A stretch of DNA of 63,302 nucleotides, counting the filler, from Mitosporidium daphniae (lineage: Eukaryota), in assembly GCF_000760515.2 (NCBI RefSeq). It is 4 parts of 4 records of this genome, joined end to end, with 100 filler letters (N's around TTAATTAATTAA, not from the genome) between each part and the next. Parts side by side here need not be neighbours in the genome. Positions count along the whole stretch, not along the records: positions 16,100 to 31,892 come from NW_013546721.1; positions 31,993 to 47,663 come from NW_013546720.1; 2 more parts are not named here. The stretch is one strand, 5' to 3'. Positions 23,353 through 36,101 of this stretch are shown in pieces; positions within the stretch are counted from its first letter, which is position 1; the number at the start of each line of letters is the position of its first letter. A program made the position numbers and the translations under genes. The notes under the pieces were generated by a model. It did no database searches. It worked only from the letters and a program-made list of their open reading frames with translations, and was not told the origin of the DNA.

Positions 23353-25676
23353 ATGGACAATTTGAACTTCGAACCCTAAAATTAATTTGTTATCAAACGA
23401 ATCCACTTAGTGTAGAGGTAACCTCTAGTATGAACGCCCCAAAACATGCACATAAAAGAAAATTTATCCATTCAGACATTATTGATTCACACATGGACGA
23501 TTTAAAGCCGTACACGCTTGAAAATGCGCCAGCCCAGAATTCGATTCCTTTTGATGCTTGCGACATTTCCGAGTTTGTTGCCTTAAACGAGATTATAGAT
23601 TTCTGTTTGGTACCGATATGCTGTTAAATTGTAGGGATTTAACACGGATCACATCAGAGCTATTGAACGCCCCGAGAAAAACTATACATCGCCGGAATAT
23701 TGTATTGACAGGCAATATTTTGGTATTTTGCATTTCTAAACATAGATCCTTCGGTGTGCTCCATCATCGAGCGTCTTATTCCGATCTGCAGAAACTATAA
23801 AGCCATCAGTGCATTCATTGAAAAATCGAACGTGCCATCTATATACAATTTTGGCTTGGTTGCACAGGCACTAGGCTCCGCACTTGGCGCAATACTCCAA
23901 GTAATTTCCTTTTCTGCCGTTCATTAGGATTACAGGCTCTTGTTGCTTGATATTGAGCGCCAATTCAACAAAAATGACCTGTCGCTCCAAAAGTTGCTTT
24001 TTTATCTTGAAGGCCCATCTTCGTTGTTCGCATTTTTGACTGCGCAAATTATTGACCCAGTTTCGAACCAAAAGCTGTCTGGTTGTGGGGTAATTAGGCT
24101 TATTGAAAACTGTGCAAAGTACTCATCCAAGTCAAAAGAAGTTGAGTGTATTGTGGAATTTATCCTTGAAGCTTGCTATGCTCCTGTGTTTGAAATCGCC
24201 GCCAATTGGGTGAAAACAGGTCAATTGGTAGACCCGCTCGGAGACTTTTTCATTCAAGAAGATGTGACTCTGAAAAAAGAAGATCTTATTGAGGACTTTA
24301 ACTCCAACTATTGGAGCGAAAAATTTTCCATCATCAATGAATATGTCCCCGCATTGTTTCGGAGTGACAATTTGCAGACGATGATTTTGATGACCGGAAA
24401 ATATGTTTATACTTTAAAGGAATGTAGCAGCCAATACCGGTTTTTGGAATATCCACAAATAGAACTCATATACAAATCCGGGGATACATCGAAAGCGTGA
24501 GATTTTGATCTGTTTGACACTTAGGTTTGTGTCTTGTATTGAGAAAATCCACTCGCTAGCATATCGACAGCTATCCGATATGATTTTAACGCAGAACGAG
24601 CTTTTCTCGAATATAAGGTTTTCTGTTTGTGCCTTTTCGTTAGGGTTCTCAAAGAATTCTACTTTTTGCAGGCCTCAGATATCTTTTCAATGTTTTTCAA
24701 CATCTCAAGAACAGAACTATCCAATCCCAAAGCTCCAGCTTCTTTGGAACGATTGCAATCCAATTTTGACAGCATTTTCAGCCTGTACGAGTCAAAGATA
24801 GATTCCAAATTGATGTCCAAATTTTCATTGGGTTTCCAAGAAGACACGCTTACCGATCTGCTGATGAACATCATTCATATTTCGTCAAACGACGCCGGCG
24901 TCCCTGCCCTGCAAAGGTCGGCTTCAAAGAATTACATTCCTCTTGGTATGAAATTCCGATTTTCATCCTTAGGCTACCAACTACTTGATATCAATTATGA
25001 AGTTTCTTACCCCCTGTCCATTGTCCTGTCAAAGAAATCAATGACAAAATATCAACTTCTTTTTAGGCAACTCTTGCAATTTCACGTGATTTCGTCTCAG
25101 CTCAGCCACTGTTTCAACTTTGAATCGATATGCGGATTCAGGTCTTTGGATATCAAATATCCCTCCATCAAGACATCAATGATACAAATGCACCTGCTAA
25201 AGTCGAAAATGATTTTCTTTATCAATTCGTTCTTATCTTATGGTCAATTTGAGGTCATCGATTATCATTGGAATGATTTTGTGTACGTGTTTTCGGTTGA
25301 ACGCACATCAGATTCGCCATTATTGGAATTTGTGATGAATTCTCATTCAAAATTCCTAGATGGTTGTTTAAAGGATCTGTTTTTGACCAATTGGCAGCTT
25401 TATAGAATCATTTCAAAGATCCTTTCAAATTGCATGCTGTTCATCACAACATGCAACAAGATCTCCAAGGATCTCGGAAACATTTCCTGCGAATCCTTGG
25501 AAAATGAGGATGAAATTCATGCCCGCGTAAACTCCCTAATGGCGAAGCAATATGCTAAAATTGACACGAACTTTATGTTTCACGTGCATCTTCTTATAAA
25601 ATCCCTTAGGTTTTGTTCTACCACAGACTATGACCATAGAATTGGTAACCTGCTCGCATTTAATTACTTTTCATAG
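23353..25676 (+). CDS. Gamma-tubulin complex component, GCP2/Spc97-like, multi-exon
   Basis: LSLQKLLFYL, LVDPLGDFFI, YWSEKF, ILMTGKY, YEVSYPLSIVLSKKSMTKYQLLFRQL, HSKFLDGCLKD. Start approximate. Confidence 0.85.
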
Positions 25677-25777
25677 GGTCATTGATTTTTTTATTGGAGT
25701 CTGGGTTTCCCGTAGAGGGCTCCGAAGCCACAGCCGAATAAACCAAATTAAAATTTACAAATTTAGTCTATTTGCCA

Positions 25778-27549
25778 ATGGAACAGAACAGCATGTCCTC
25801 AACACCAACGGCTCGTGGATTTCCTCCTTTAAAGCAGGTTTTTGCCAAGAACTATGAAGACTTTCTTTGCAAGTCGGACTCATCCTGCGGTGTTATGCAC
25901 ACCCTACCAATCATTCCCGACTGGTTACCATGCAAAGTATTTTTCTTTCTTTCTAATACCCCATTAAAAGGTCCCGGTTCAAATCTTCCTAAATGAAGTT
26001 CTTTTGAACGAGATGAATGAAGAGATTAAAAAGAGTAGGAACATCGGTCCAACCGGATTTCTTCCGGCCCTTCTGCAGCTGGCAAATGTGGCAACTCTTC
26101 CCGGAATCGTTGGCTCGTCAATTGGCCTACCCGACATCCATTCTGGGTATGGCTTTGCGATCGGAAATGTTGCTGCATTTGATGCAAACGATCCAGCTGC
26201 CATTGTATCTCCGGGTGGTGTTGGCTTTGATATCAACTGCGGTGTCAGGCTTATCAGGACAAATCTGACGATTGATGACATCAATCCTATTAAGGAGCAA
26301 TTAGCTCGGGTATGAGGCATCTCTATTGATTCTCTTTACAAATAGAGTCTATTTGAGACGCTTCCAGTGGGAATTGCAGGAAGCCAACCAAAGGCATCAT
26401 CGAACATTAAAATTGACATCAAAAACCTTAATGAGATTTTATCTACCGGCGTCAACTGGGCCGTTAAAAACGGATATGCATGGCCAGAAGATTTGGTGAC
26501 CTGCGAAGAAAACGGATCTATCCAGCCAGCAGATCCAGCTTGCGTTTCCCAGAGGGCCAAGGGAAGGGGAATTTCGCAACTGGGCTCACTTGGAGCTGGA
26601 AATCATTATGCAGAAATCCAAACAGTCTCATGCATTTATGACGAAAAGGCTGCAAAAGCTATGGGAATCTCCAAGATTGGGCAAGTTTGCATCATGGTGC
26701 ACTGTGGAAGCCGAGGACTTGGGCACGAAATCGCATCAAGTAGCCTTTTGTGCAATATTTCTAGATTACATTGACCTAATGAAGGGAGCCATGGAGCGAG
26801 ATAACATATCGATTCCGGACAGCCAGCTTGCATGTGCAAGGATAAATTCACGGGAAGGCCAGGAATACATTCGGGCAATGAATGCTGCGGCAAACTATGC
26901 CTATTGCAACAGATCGATCTTGACGTTTTTCATTAGAAAGGTAGGCAGACCATAAATTCTATAACTCTAACGCTATAGGCTTTTGAGAAGCTTTTTCCAG
27001 CAAAGACAGCAAGAGAGCTTGATATGCATCTTGTTTATGATGTTTCGCATAATATGGCAAAGTTTGAAGAGCATTCCATTGGCCAGGGAGAGAACCCTAC
27101 AGAACTTCGCACACTGCTTGTGCATAGGAAAGGCGCAACACGATCCTTCCCGCCGGGCCACCCATCTCTTCCGGCCATGTATTCAGAAATTGGGCAACCT
27201 GTTCTAGTTGGAGGTTCAATGGGAACCTACAGCTATGTGCTTACAGGAGGACCAAACGCCATGGCTTCTTCATTTGGATCTACTTGCCATGGTGCTGGTC
27301 GAGCCAAGTCTCGCGTGGAGGCCAAGAAAACACTGTCCAGTCAAGAGATTTTATCTCGTCTCCAAAAGGATGGGATTACCGTCTGCATTGCAGATATTTC
27401 TTCTCTTTCTGAAGAGGTTAAAGTTGAAAGTTAATTTTTAGGCGCCTGAGGCTTATAAAGATGTAACAGAAGTGGTGGACACCTGTGAGCTTGCCGGATT
27501 GTCTATAAAAGCCATCCAACTGAGGCCCATTGCTGTCATAAAAGGCTAA
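25778..27549 (+). CDS. RTCB: RtcB 3'-phosphate RNA ligase (archaeal/metazoan type), multi-exon
   Basis: [91 protein letters not shown]. Confidence 0.96.
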
Positions 27550-27646
27550 TTTTAATGTTGAGTGTCTGGTGTAATAATTAATTTATGTAACTTGCGCTCA
27601 CTTTGGTTACCAAGTGATCATTGATAGTCTATGGGGCGTTTTAGCG

Positions 27647-28795
27647 TCAAGAATTAGGCTCATGTTGAATGATTGCATTACAAAAAATAATGCAATGCTC
27701 ATCTTGTGCATCCTGTGCATCTTGGCGATCCGGATTGCTCTGAAGCTTTGATGCCCCACAATCAGATGAGCAGGAATAAATGAGAATGGTGGCCCATTCC
27801 ATTCCCTTGCTATTTTCGTTAATGGTTGAGTCCGAGTTGAGACCAATGGAGGCCTCCTTTTCTGTTTGTAAAAGATGCAGAAGGGCCGGCATAAGCTGGC
27901 ACTCAAAAACAAGCGGGGAACTGCAGGAATGGCACCTGAAATCAGCATTGACCGGTGACTGAGCCAAAAGCGGAAAGCCATTCCAAGAATACCTTATCAC
28001 TTGCCAAGGTTCCTTTAAGATGGTTTTTTCAAAATTATAAAAATTCTCATCAAGATTTGGCGGTAGGATTCTTTCAAAACTCTCGTTCTCGAAGCCAAGC
28101 GTTTCACTATCTTCATGCAGATGATTGCCAAAAATTTCTTTTGTCAGGGAAAGATTTTGCGCAAGGTTTTCTAAATCATCGCCTTGCGTGTCAGATTCGC
28201 TATCAGAGTTGGCGATATCGTCCATTTCAAACACATCTCGTTCCTCAAATTCAATAGGATAGGCTGTAAATTTTCGTGGCAAAGGAAAGGGCTTTGAGAT
28301 AAAAACAAGCTCATCGTCCTCTTTTATAGTTAGTTTGTCTTGAGCAGGGCAATTTGTGACCACATTTTCAATAACAAACGGATTGAAAAGTTTAGCTTCT
28401 TTTTTTATTGGCGCATCTTTCTTTGGACCTGTATGGAGACTAGTAGTTACATGTGGAACGGGGGTCTTCGGCACCCTCAAATATGCAGCAAACGCAACGA
28501 TGCTCTCACTGGAGCGGGTGCATTCAAAATTATTGCATTCAAAAACAAACAAGATCCTGTCAATGCCTTCTCGATCGAATGGCGTGCAAGCTTGAAAGAG
28601 CAAAAACAAAGATTTTTGGCATGTCTGACACTGGAGGTTAATTTTTTCGTTGAAAGAAGCTTCAAATGGCAGGGGAATAATTGGAACACCCCCCACTTTT
28701 GGATCTAAATAGCTAGAGGGTTGAAATGATGGTGGCCGCAATCCACATTTTTTCTTTTTGCCAAACAAAGGAATTCCAATTGAAAGCATGGCCAT
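27647..28795 (-). CDS. TSR4: PDCD2-like / Tsr4 uS5 chaperone
   Basis: KVGGVP, CQTC, DRILFVFEC, QVIRYSWNGFPL, CHSC...FECQLMP, MEWATILIYSCSSDC. Confidence 0.88.
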   Translation of the reverse strand: MAMLSIGIPLFGKKKKCGLRPPSFQPSSYLDPKVGGVPIIPLPFEASFNEKINLQCQTCQKSLFLLFQACTPFDREGIDRILFVFECNNFECTRSSESIVAFAAYLRVPKTPVPHVTTSLHTGPKKDAPIKKEAKLFNPFVIENVVTNCPAQDKLTIKEDDELVFISKPFPLPRKFTAYPIEFEERDVFEMDDIANSDSESDTQGDDLENLAQNLSLTKEIFGNHLHEDSETLGFENESFERILPPNLDENFYNFEKTILKEPWQVIRYSWNGFPLLAQSPVNADFRCHSCSSPLVFECQLMPALLHLLQTEKEASIGLNSDSTINENSKGMEWATILIYSCSSDCGASKLQSNPDRQDAQDAQDEHCIIFCNAIIQHEPNS

Positions 28796-28883
28796 AAGTT
28801 CAAAATTACACGCATGTTCAAAAATATTTTATTGTAAATTTAAATTGAAGTTGTCAAGTTGTTGAGGTTGAGGTTGTTGAAAA

Positions 28884-30717
28884 TTAGCATTCAGGGATAT
28901 GCAAAGCTAGCCCACCCTAATTTTGGGGTTATAACTTTGGAGATGGGCTTACCAACGAGGTTTCCTTGTAAACTGCCTTCATATCAAGCCCGGTTTGCTT
29001 CATCGTCTTGATTACTTGATCTAGAGATATCCTAAAGAAAAAGGAAATTGACAATATGGTTCAAACTTTTGATTTCCATCTCGTTTTAGAGCTAACTGAG
29101 CTGCAGTTAATGCCTTTACGGCACCCATCGCATTTCTTTCAATACACGGGATTTGAACCAATCCAGCAATAGGATCGCATGTCACTATTAACAGTAAAGG
29201 GGAGCGGAATACTTCCTAAATGATGCTCCATTGCTATTTCGGCAGCATTCAACACTTGTTTTGGAGTTCCTCCAAGAACAGCGGCCAAACCCGCAGCGGC
29301 CATTGAAGAGGCTACCCCAATTTCGCCCTGACATCCAACTTCAGCAGCGGAAAGGGACGCGCCATGCTTAAACAAAAATCCTATAGCACTTGCGGTCCAC
29401 AAGAAAGTGCAAATCATTTCCTCTTCACCAGAGTTATTTGACGATTTAGTGTGCTGTCCAAACTCAAGCCAGTACTTCAAAGTAGCCGGAATAACTCCAG
29501 AAGCTCCGTTAGTCGGAGCCGTTACAATTCTCCCACCATCCGCATTTTCTTCGTTGACTGCAATAGCAAAAGTAGAAATCCAGTCAATATCTCTAACCAT
29601 GCCAGTGGGCGGGCCATTGTGGACTCCCGCAAATATCTGATTAAGATTTTTGTCTCTTTCTAGAAAAGGTGTTAACGCCAAGCTAAATGCATCGGCTGAA
29701 TCGTTTACTTGTTGCAATAGTAAAGATGGGGCTCTTCGCTTAACTTTCAATACGCCAGGCAGGATAGAATTCACATCACGGCTCAATCCAGCAATAATTG
29801 ACGCTTCCATCACTCTCCAAATATGAAGTGTTTTTTGAATAATCTTGTCTGTTGAGGAAATAAATGGCCTTTCGTTTTCAAATGCAATCTATTATAAAAG
29901 CGATGGACCGTTAACCTCTGAAACGGTTTTTCTATGGTCGTTACACCAAGTAAGTAGCTCTTCACCTGAAAAAAATGGATAAGGAACTTGAGGACGGTCT
30001 TTTGAATTGGATGGCTTATCGCTTGCGTCAACAATAACCTTTCCTCGCAGTTGGAAGCCATCGGAGATAACAAATCCGCCTCCAATCGAAAAAACCGTCT
30101 CCTTTGCAAGCAGGGACCCATCAGCTCCAAACGCCATAAAGGCTAAGCCATTAGAATGCTTTGCAAGAAAGATTTTCTTGTGAAAGTTTATATTCTCCTG
30201 CATTGAAAAAGAAAGTTGAACTTTTTCAAGGACATGCAACACCGAACATTCTTCGATAGATTTCAACAACTTTGGAATGGTGGTCGGGTCGATTGATTCT
30301 GGATCTTTCCCTATTAGGCCCATCTTAAAAATAAGCAAAGAAATTTAAACTTACAGCAATGGCCTTTGGGGTGCCATGTCCTTCTCCCGTCAAAGCCAAA
30401 GAACCATATAGGTGGACAAAAATGGAATGGAGTGCTCCAAGCACTCCGTTTGCTTCAAGTTTTGTTACAAATTTGTTTGCAGCTCTCATTGGGCCTAAAG
30501 TATGCGACGAAGAAGGCCCAATTCCAATCGAATACATGTTGAAAATCGAAATATACGGGCCTTTTTCATCTGTAGACTCGCCCGGAGTTAAGTATCTCTT
30601 TGCGAGCGCAGACTTGTTCACAATGGCATCGCTACGATGTGACAAATGAGAAGCGAGATTTCTTTTAAAAAGTGAAAAGCCGCTCTGAGTATTCGGCTTT
30701 TTTAATAATGCAAACAT
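28884..30717 (-). CDS. Fe-S-dependent L-serine dehydratase (single-chain SdaA type) with mitochondrial-like presequence, multi-exon
   Basis: [98 protein letters not shown] after removing an intron. Confidence 0.92.
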
Positions 30718-30809
30718 TGCTACGGGGATCAAAAACAGGCATTTCTAATTTAAGAAGTATGGAAGTGTAGTCCAATCACATAAAAGTGGATAAATGAGGA
30801 TCTTAAACT

Positions 30810-31892
30810 TTATTTGCCTATCAACTTTGCAGAGTAAAAGAGAGGTCTTCTGTCATATCTTCTTCCATCAACAGAGTCAATGGAAAGGTGTAGAGTCGGG
30901 GCCAAGGCTGTGGACTTGTGTCTATTTTTTAGATATCTGTTTATAAATTGTGCCGAATCCTAAAAATGACAGAAAATTCTGATACCTTGCTTAAGCTTGA
31001 TAGACCATAATTCTTTTCTTTTCTGAGTTTGGACATGTGTTCGATTTTGTCATATGTCATTTGAAGTTCGTCCTGATAAGATAAATATCTCAGGGCTACC
31101 TCGTCGCTTTTGAACTGGCTGTCCAACTCGGCACATGGGGTTGCACAAAGTATGCTGACAATAAGATGTAAATCGTACTCTCGTAAAATGCCGAATTTGT
31201 CTGTGCCATGTGTCTCCCAGAAGTAATTTACCATTGACCGTACTTGAGACTTGTGAATGGATCCTATTGGATTCAAGTCTCCACTAGAGCAATCGTATTT
31301 TGTGAAGTGCCCCGTTATGGTTTCGTCTAAATTTGATGCAGACAGTACTAGGGCATTGGAAGACATTTGTGAAATATAGTAGGAGAGAACCATTCTAAGT
31401 CTTGCCTAAAGAAATGTCAGCATCAAATTGATGGTTCACTTGTAAATTTTGATATGCGACCTGGCTATTGGCTTTCAACGTCGGAACTGAGTTGCGAGCA
31501 CTTTCAACAACATCGTCCATGTTTACAACACAGAAAGAACTATGTTCGACCAAGATATGTAATAGTAAATGTACCACCCAATTGCCTCTGCAAGCTTACT
31601 GGCTCTGAGAAAAGAAGAATTTGTATTGTTTTTAGACCTCATATAGGAGCATTGAAGGAACGAGCTATCACAAGGAATCTAGTGGTTACCTAAAAGTTGA
31701 CGGCAATCCTATTTCTTGGTTCAATGAAGGCAAGTTTTGTACCTTGAGCGTGATTTTGCTCACTTAAAAGTGTGAAAAGATGGTAAATTATTAAGGCCAC
31801 AAGGTAGCTATCTATGCCTCCACTAAGGGCAAGAAAAAATCCAGAACGTCCACTTTTTCTAAGATAGTCCCAACACCAAAGAAATAGGATTG
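30810..31892 (-). CDS. QNS1: Glutamine-dependent NAD+ synthetase, C-terminal part (5'-truncated)
   Basis: [35 protein letters not shown]...[29 protein letters not shown]. Confidence 0.88.
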
Positions 31893-31992
31893 NNNNNNNN
31901 NNNNNNNNNNNNNNNNNNNNNNNNNNNNNNNNNNNNTTAATTAATTAANNNNNNNNNNNNNNNNNNNNNNNNNNNNNNNNNNNNNNNNNNNN
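31893..31992. other. Artificial contig spacer
   Basis: N44-TTAATTAATTAA-N44. Confidence 0.98.
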
Positions 31993-32017
31993 TCTAAACA
32001 ATGTCCTATTAATTTCC

Positions 32018-32507
32018 ACCACAAAACGCTACTTTGATTTGGACGCGATCGATTATAGCGAAATCGACGATCTGGTCCATTTATTTTGTAATCCTTAGAG
32101 CATTTGTATCTTTTGCTTGGAAATGGCAGACCACCGCCATCAAAAAACTTCTAAATGTCCAAAGCAAATCTGCTACGGGTGTAAATTAATAGGACATTGT
32201 TTAGAGGAATGTCCTAACGAACATAGCTATGATGCATATGTATCTTCCCGCTGCTAATTCATAGGAATGGAGAAAATATTCTCTAAATGGGGACACTGGC
32301 GTTTCGGACATCGCCACCAACAGCCACTGCTATTGCTATAATTGTGGCGCAAAAGGCCACTTTGGAAATGTAAATATATCGATCTATTTATCACAGCGTT
32401 GCGAAAAATTTAAGGTGGATGCGGAGGAATCATTCCCCGGTCTCTTGACTATGGAAAAAATAGTGTCAAGGATCATTCCACCAAATTTCCAAAGGTTAAA
32501 TAATTAA
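32018..32507 (+). CDS. Air1/Air2 (ZCCHC7)-like zinc-knuckle protein, 5'-truncated, three small introns; absent from ORF track
   Basis: Spliced translation: KRYFDL...|SICIFCLEMADHRHQKTSKCPKQICYGCKLIGHCLEECP...|EWRKY...YCYNCGAKGHFGN|RC. The RYF, WRxY and YCYNCxxxGHFG motifs are characteristic of Air1/2. Confidence 0.8.
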
Positions 32508-32523
32508 TTTTTAGATTTTTTTT

Positions 32524-33062
32524 ATGTTGAAATTTTTAACAGAAGGCATTCGAGGTATTTTTTCCTCATGGACTGCGCTTCAACTAGCCATGGAAGGCCA
32601 ATGGGGCGGCACAGAAACGGACACCAAATACGTTTGGTTTGTACAAACCATCTCCGACTATTTAATAAAAGAAGGCGATAAAATCGACCCCATTGATATC
32701 GAAGAAATCCTGGAGCAAATTATTTCTGATGAATTTCTTGTACAGCTTGAGGATAATAGTGCGCTTCAAGTATTAACTCGCATGCATAACCTTAGGTATC
32801 CAATTCCATTATGAAGCTATATTATGAGCTCCGTCAGGGAAATCTTTCCATCTTAGAGAGTGTCCGAAATGCCTCGAAAAAGGCAGCCTGCACAAAAGAA
32901 TGTCCCCCCCAGGGGCTCTCTTCGTCCGATTGCGATGAGGACAACCAGGCTGAGCTGCACGAATACAAACCAACCGATTTTAGTCCTCAAAATAATGACA
33001 TGGATTTGGATAATCATCACCAGGACCTGGATTCTGAGGATGACGGATGGATAAAATATTAA
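32524..33062 (+). CDS. TSR2: Pre-rRNA processing protein Tsr2 (WGG domain), one intron
   Basis: WTALQLAMEGQWGG, DEFLVQLEDNS, acidic tail ending DDGW. Confidence 0.9.
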
Positions 33063-33126
33063 ACTTATTTATTACAAGCCCAATCAAAGGCCCACATCAC
33101 GCCTGATCCCATCCCATCCGCTCACA

Positions 33127-34149
33127 TCATATGTGTTGAAATCTATAGGGGGGAATGTCGTATATTTTGTCCCTAGATTCGATCCCATAAACGAATTGTT
33201 TCAATCCATGAAGAGGTCGACCGGCTGTGTAAAGTTCGGAGACGAATTTAGTCCAGGTGGATGTAAACCATGAAAAGGAAGCAACATGCAGATCATGGTT
33301 CTTAATCAACTTGGTGAGATTGAATATTCTATTTTCTGGATTCGAAAAATCGCTTTCAGAGCATTCCAATAATATTTGTGGGTCTGGGGCTATTTCTTTG
33401 GAATGAGAAAGTAGCACACAAGCATATCTGGAAAGCCCAATTCCCCTGGCCGGATGGGGAGGAAGATACGGCAGGATCTGATTGGGCGACTGGTCATTTA
33501 TAACATATGGGGCTTCCATCTTCAAAGGGAAAGAGCCCTCAACCTCCTTCTGCGGAGGACCGTTCAAGTTAGCGACCATCCAAAGTGCCATTTGGTGCAA
33601 CTTTTTATCATTTGAGGGCTTTGGATAATCACAATCAAGAAAGATAAAAGAGTACCACGGATTTGGCGGCGTATAGGAGGCCGTGGATAGGGTCGAAAAC
33701 CGAACCACAGGCGCTTTAGCACACTATGATAAAAAATTTGCTCGTAAAACCTGTTCTGGATGCAAAAAGTGGCCCCGGCCAATAACATTGTCAGCAAAGG
33801 TGCATGCCATATTCAACATGGCCTCCGATTCATCAGGAAGAATATCAGGAATGAGCTTGTTTATTTTGGCTTGTAATCTAGTAACTTGAGGGCCTTGGTT
33901 TCTAACCCATTCATAATTGCTCATTTCGCAAAACTTTGGGATTTTCAGCTCGATCTTATTCAAGTTCCAATCCGACAACAGCCGGGGATCCGCTAACACA
34001 AGCTGATCCCGCATCCTATGGTCCTTCGAGTGCAACACAAGCTTCTGTTTAATTTCATTTTCTTTTTTCTGAAGAATCTCGATTGCAAGATCGTATGCCA
34101 ACGCGCTTGCACCAGACAAGGATCGTCTACAAGCAGCAAATGCGACCAT
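33127..34149 (-). CDS. Mitochondrial ribosomal protein mL38 (PEBP-like), one intron
   Basis: LAYDLAIEIL, IPDILP, FLDCDYP, YLPPHPARG..RY, SWFTSTW; candidate intron near 33724-33750. Confidence 0.8.
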
Positions 34150-34288
34150 GAAAGTGAGTTGAGCTAAAAATTTATTTGCCGTGCTAGGGTATTGAATTTG
34201 AAAATTCCCCATCCACAGAGCGACCACCACCTACCACGGGGTCTATGTTAATGGCCATAGTGTAGTTAGTAACGTGTGCTCAATTTTA

Positions 34289-35870
34289 TTAGACATCAAA
34301 GTGGAACTCAAAGCCTCCACCGCCCCCAAAAAAGTTGAAGATATCTTTAAAATCAAAATTCTGGCTATCCCTGCTATGAAACTGGGGATTTTGGCTTGGA
34401 TTATTAACATCGTAACCATATTGATCATACTTTCTCTTTTCGGCAGGATCAGAAAGAACTTGATATGCTTGGTTGAGTTCTTGGAATTTCTTTGTGGCCT
34501 TGACGCTATTGTGATTTCGGTCTGGATGATATTTGGTAGCCAGTTTTCGATATGCCTTCTTGATATCTGAAACGGACGCAGATCGAGGGACCCCGAGAAC
34601 TTGATAGTAGTCCTTGCTATTTTCCTTTGGCTCGACGGTTTTTTTCTTGAGAGATTCCAAGTCAGGATGCTCCGGGTAAAATCCGGAAAACTTTTCATAC
34701 GCACTGGCAGCTAACAAGCAGGGGATGAGATAAAAATTCAAAACGAACCTTTTTCATAGTCCTCATTTTCAAAATAAGCCTCAATGGCGCACTTTAATAG
34801 TTTCGCGTTTGTGTCCTGAATTTGAAGACCAATTTCAGCCCACTTTATGGAATCACCAAAATCAGAGGCCCCCAGATACGCTTCAGCCAGTGCAGTTGCC
34901 ACAAGGACTTTATAACCAATGGTCAATGGATACTCCTCCATATGCAATTTGGGGTTAAAATTGTCAGTTTCCCCCCAAAGTTCCAAAAGCTTAGGTATCT
35001 TTTGACTGGATTTCGCTATTGTACTGTTGTATTGCTTATCAAAATTCCTCATAAATCTGAACAAAGCCAAGCACTTGGGATTATCTGGATCAGACCTTAG
35101 ACATGCCTGAACTGAAGAGAATCCCTTTTCTAAAGATCCAGCTGCAAGATTAGAACGTGCAGCAAGATATAAATATGAAACGTTGCGCCCAAGGTTGAAA
35201 GCCTGAACAAACTCGCTACCGGCAGTCTCATAGTCCTGCAGATAGATAGAAAAAAAAGCCCTTTTTTGTCTCAAATAAGAGGAGTAGGGAGAAATATGCC
35301 TCAATTCATGTATCAGGGAAATAGCCTCGCTAAATTCATTTATCTCAATAAAAAGATCGGCCTTTTTAAGGGTTGAAAGAGCCTCTTTAGCGCTAGCTAT
35401 GAGGCTCTGACTCTCAGGTGTATCGACTCGGCGAAAATCTTCAATAGATTCATCATATTTTCCTAGTTTTAACAATAAGCTTCCTCTGGAAGAGTAGCCC
35501 TAAATTTAGCGTGCTAAACGAGTGAATACCTGAGTAAAGCTTTTGCTTTCACTGGATTTAATGGCTGATGTAAAATCGTTCAAAGCATCTTCAAAGTCAA
35601 ATAATGCTTGAGAGGCAAGAGCCCGATAATAATAGGCCGTCTCTAAGTTTTCTCCGTTTTCTAGAAAAAATACAAAAACAAAGTACTAATTGCGGCAGTG
35701 CATCTATCTTTAACCCTTACATAGTCGCCGGTTTTCAAGAACTGTAAAAGCTCGGGCACATTTATGGATGATTTTTGACTCGATGCATCAGAAAAACACA
35801 CAAAAAAGGCAGAAAACAAAAGGATGGCAAGGAACTGATAACTCGAGCTAAGATTGACCAATGTTGCCAT
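34289..35870 (-). CDS. ER TPR + J-domain co-chaperone (DNAJC3/P58IPK/Jem1-like), multi-exon
   Basis: Signal peptide, TPR helices ([11 protein letters not shown]) and J domain KDYYQVLGV...YHPDRN...[14 protein letters not shown]. Confidence 0.88.
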
Positions 35871-36101
35871 AAGTAATTTTTTTTAAAATCCAAAAATTAA
35901 TTTAATTTATTCAAATGTGCTGGAAATTGAGAATTTGCACTGTAAAGGTGTTCACAAAAGGCATGTGGTCAAATAGTTCACGATAAAAAGGAACCCGATG
36001 ATGGTTACATAAAATTCTGAAATCAATGGCATGAAAATGCCTTTTGCCACTATTTATGGCAACATTAAGGAATTAAATTTTTAAAATAAAGCTAGGATTC
36101 G

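Noticed and set aside
31993..32205. 28-bp inverted repeat (31993-32020 / 32178-32205, 27/28 match) resembling MITE terminal repeats
   Set aside because: The right arm is coding sequence of the Air1-like knuckle (GCKLIGHCL) and the left arm sits exactly at the contig edge; a fold-back or chimeric read artefact is more likely than a transposon.
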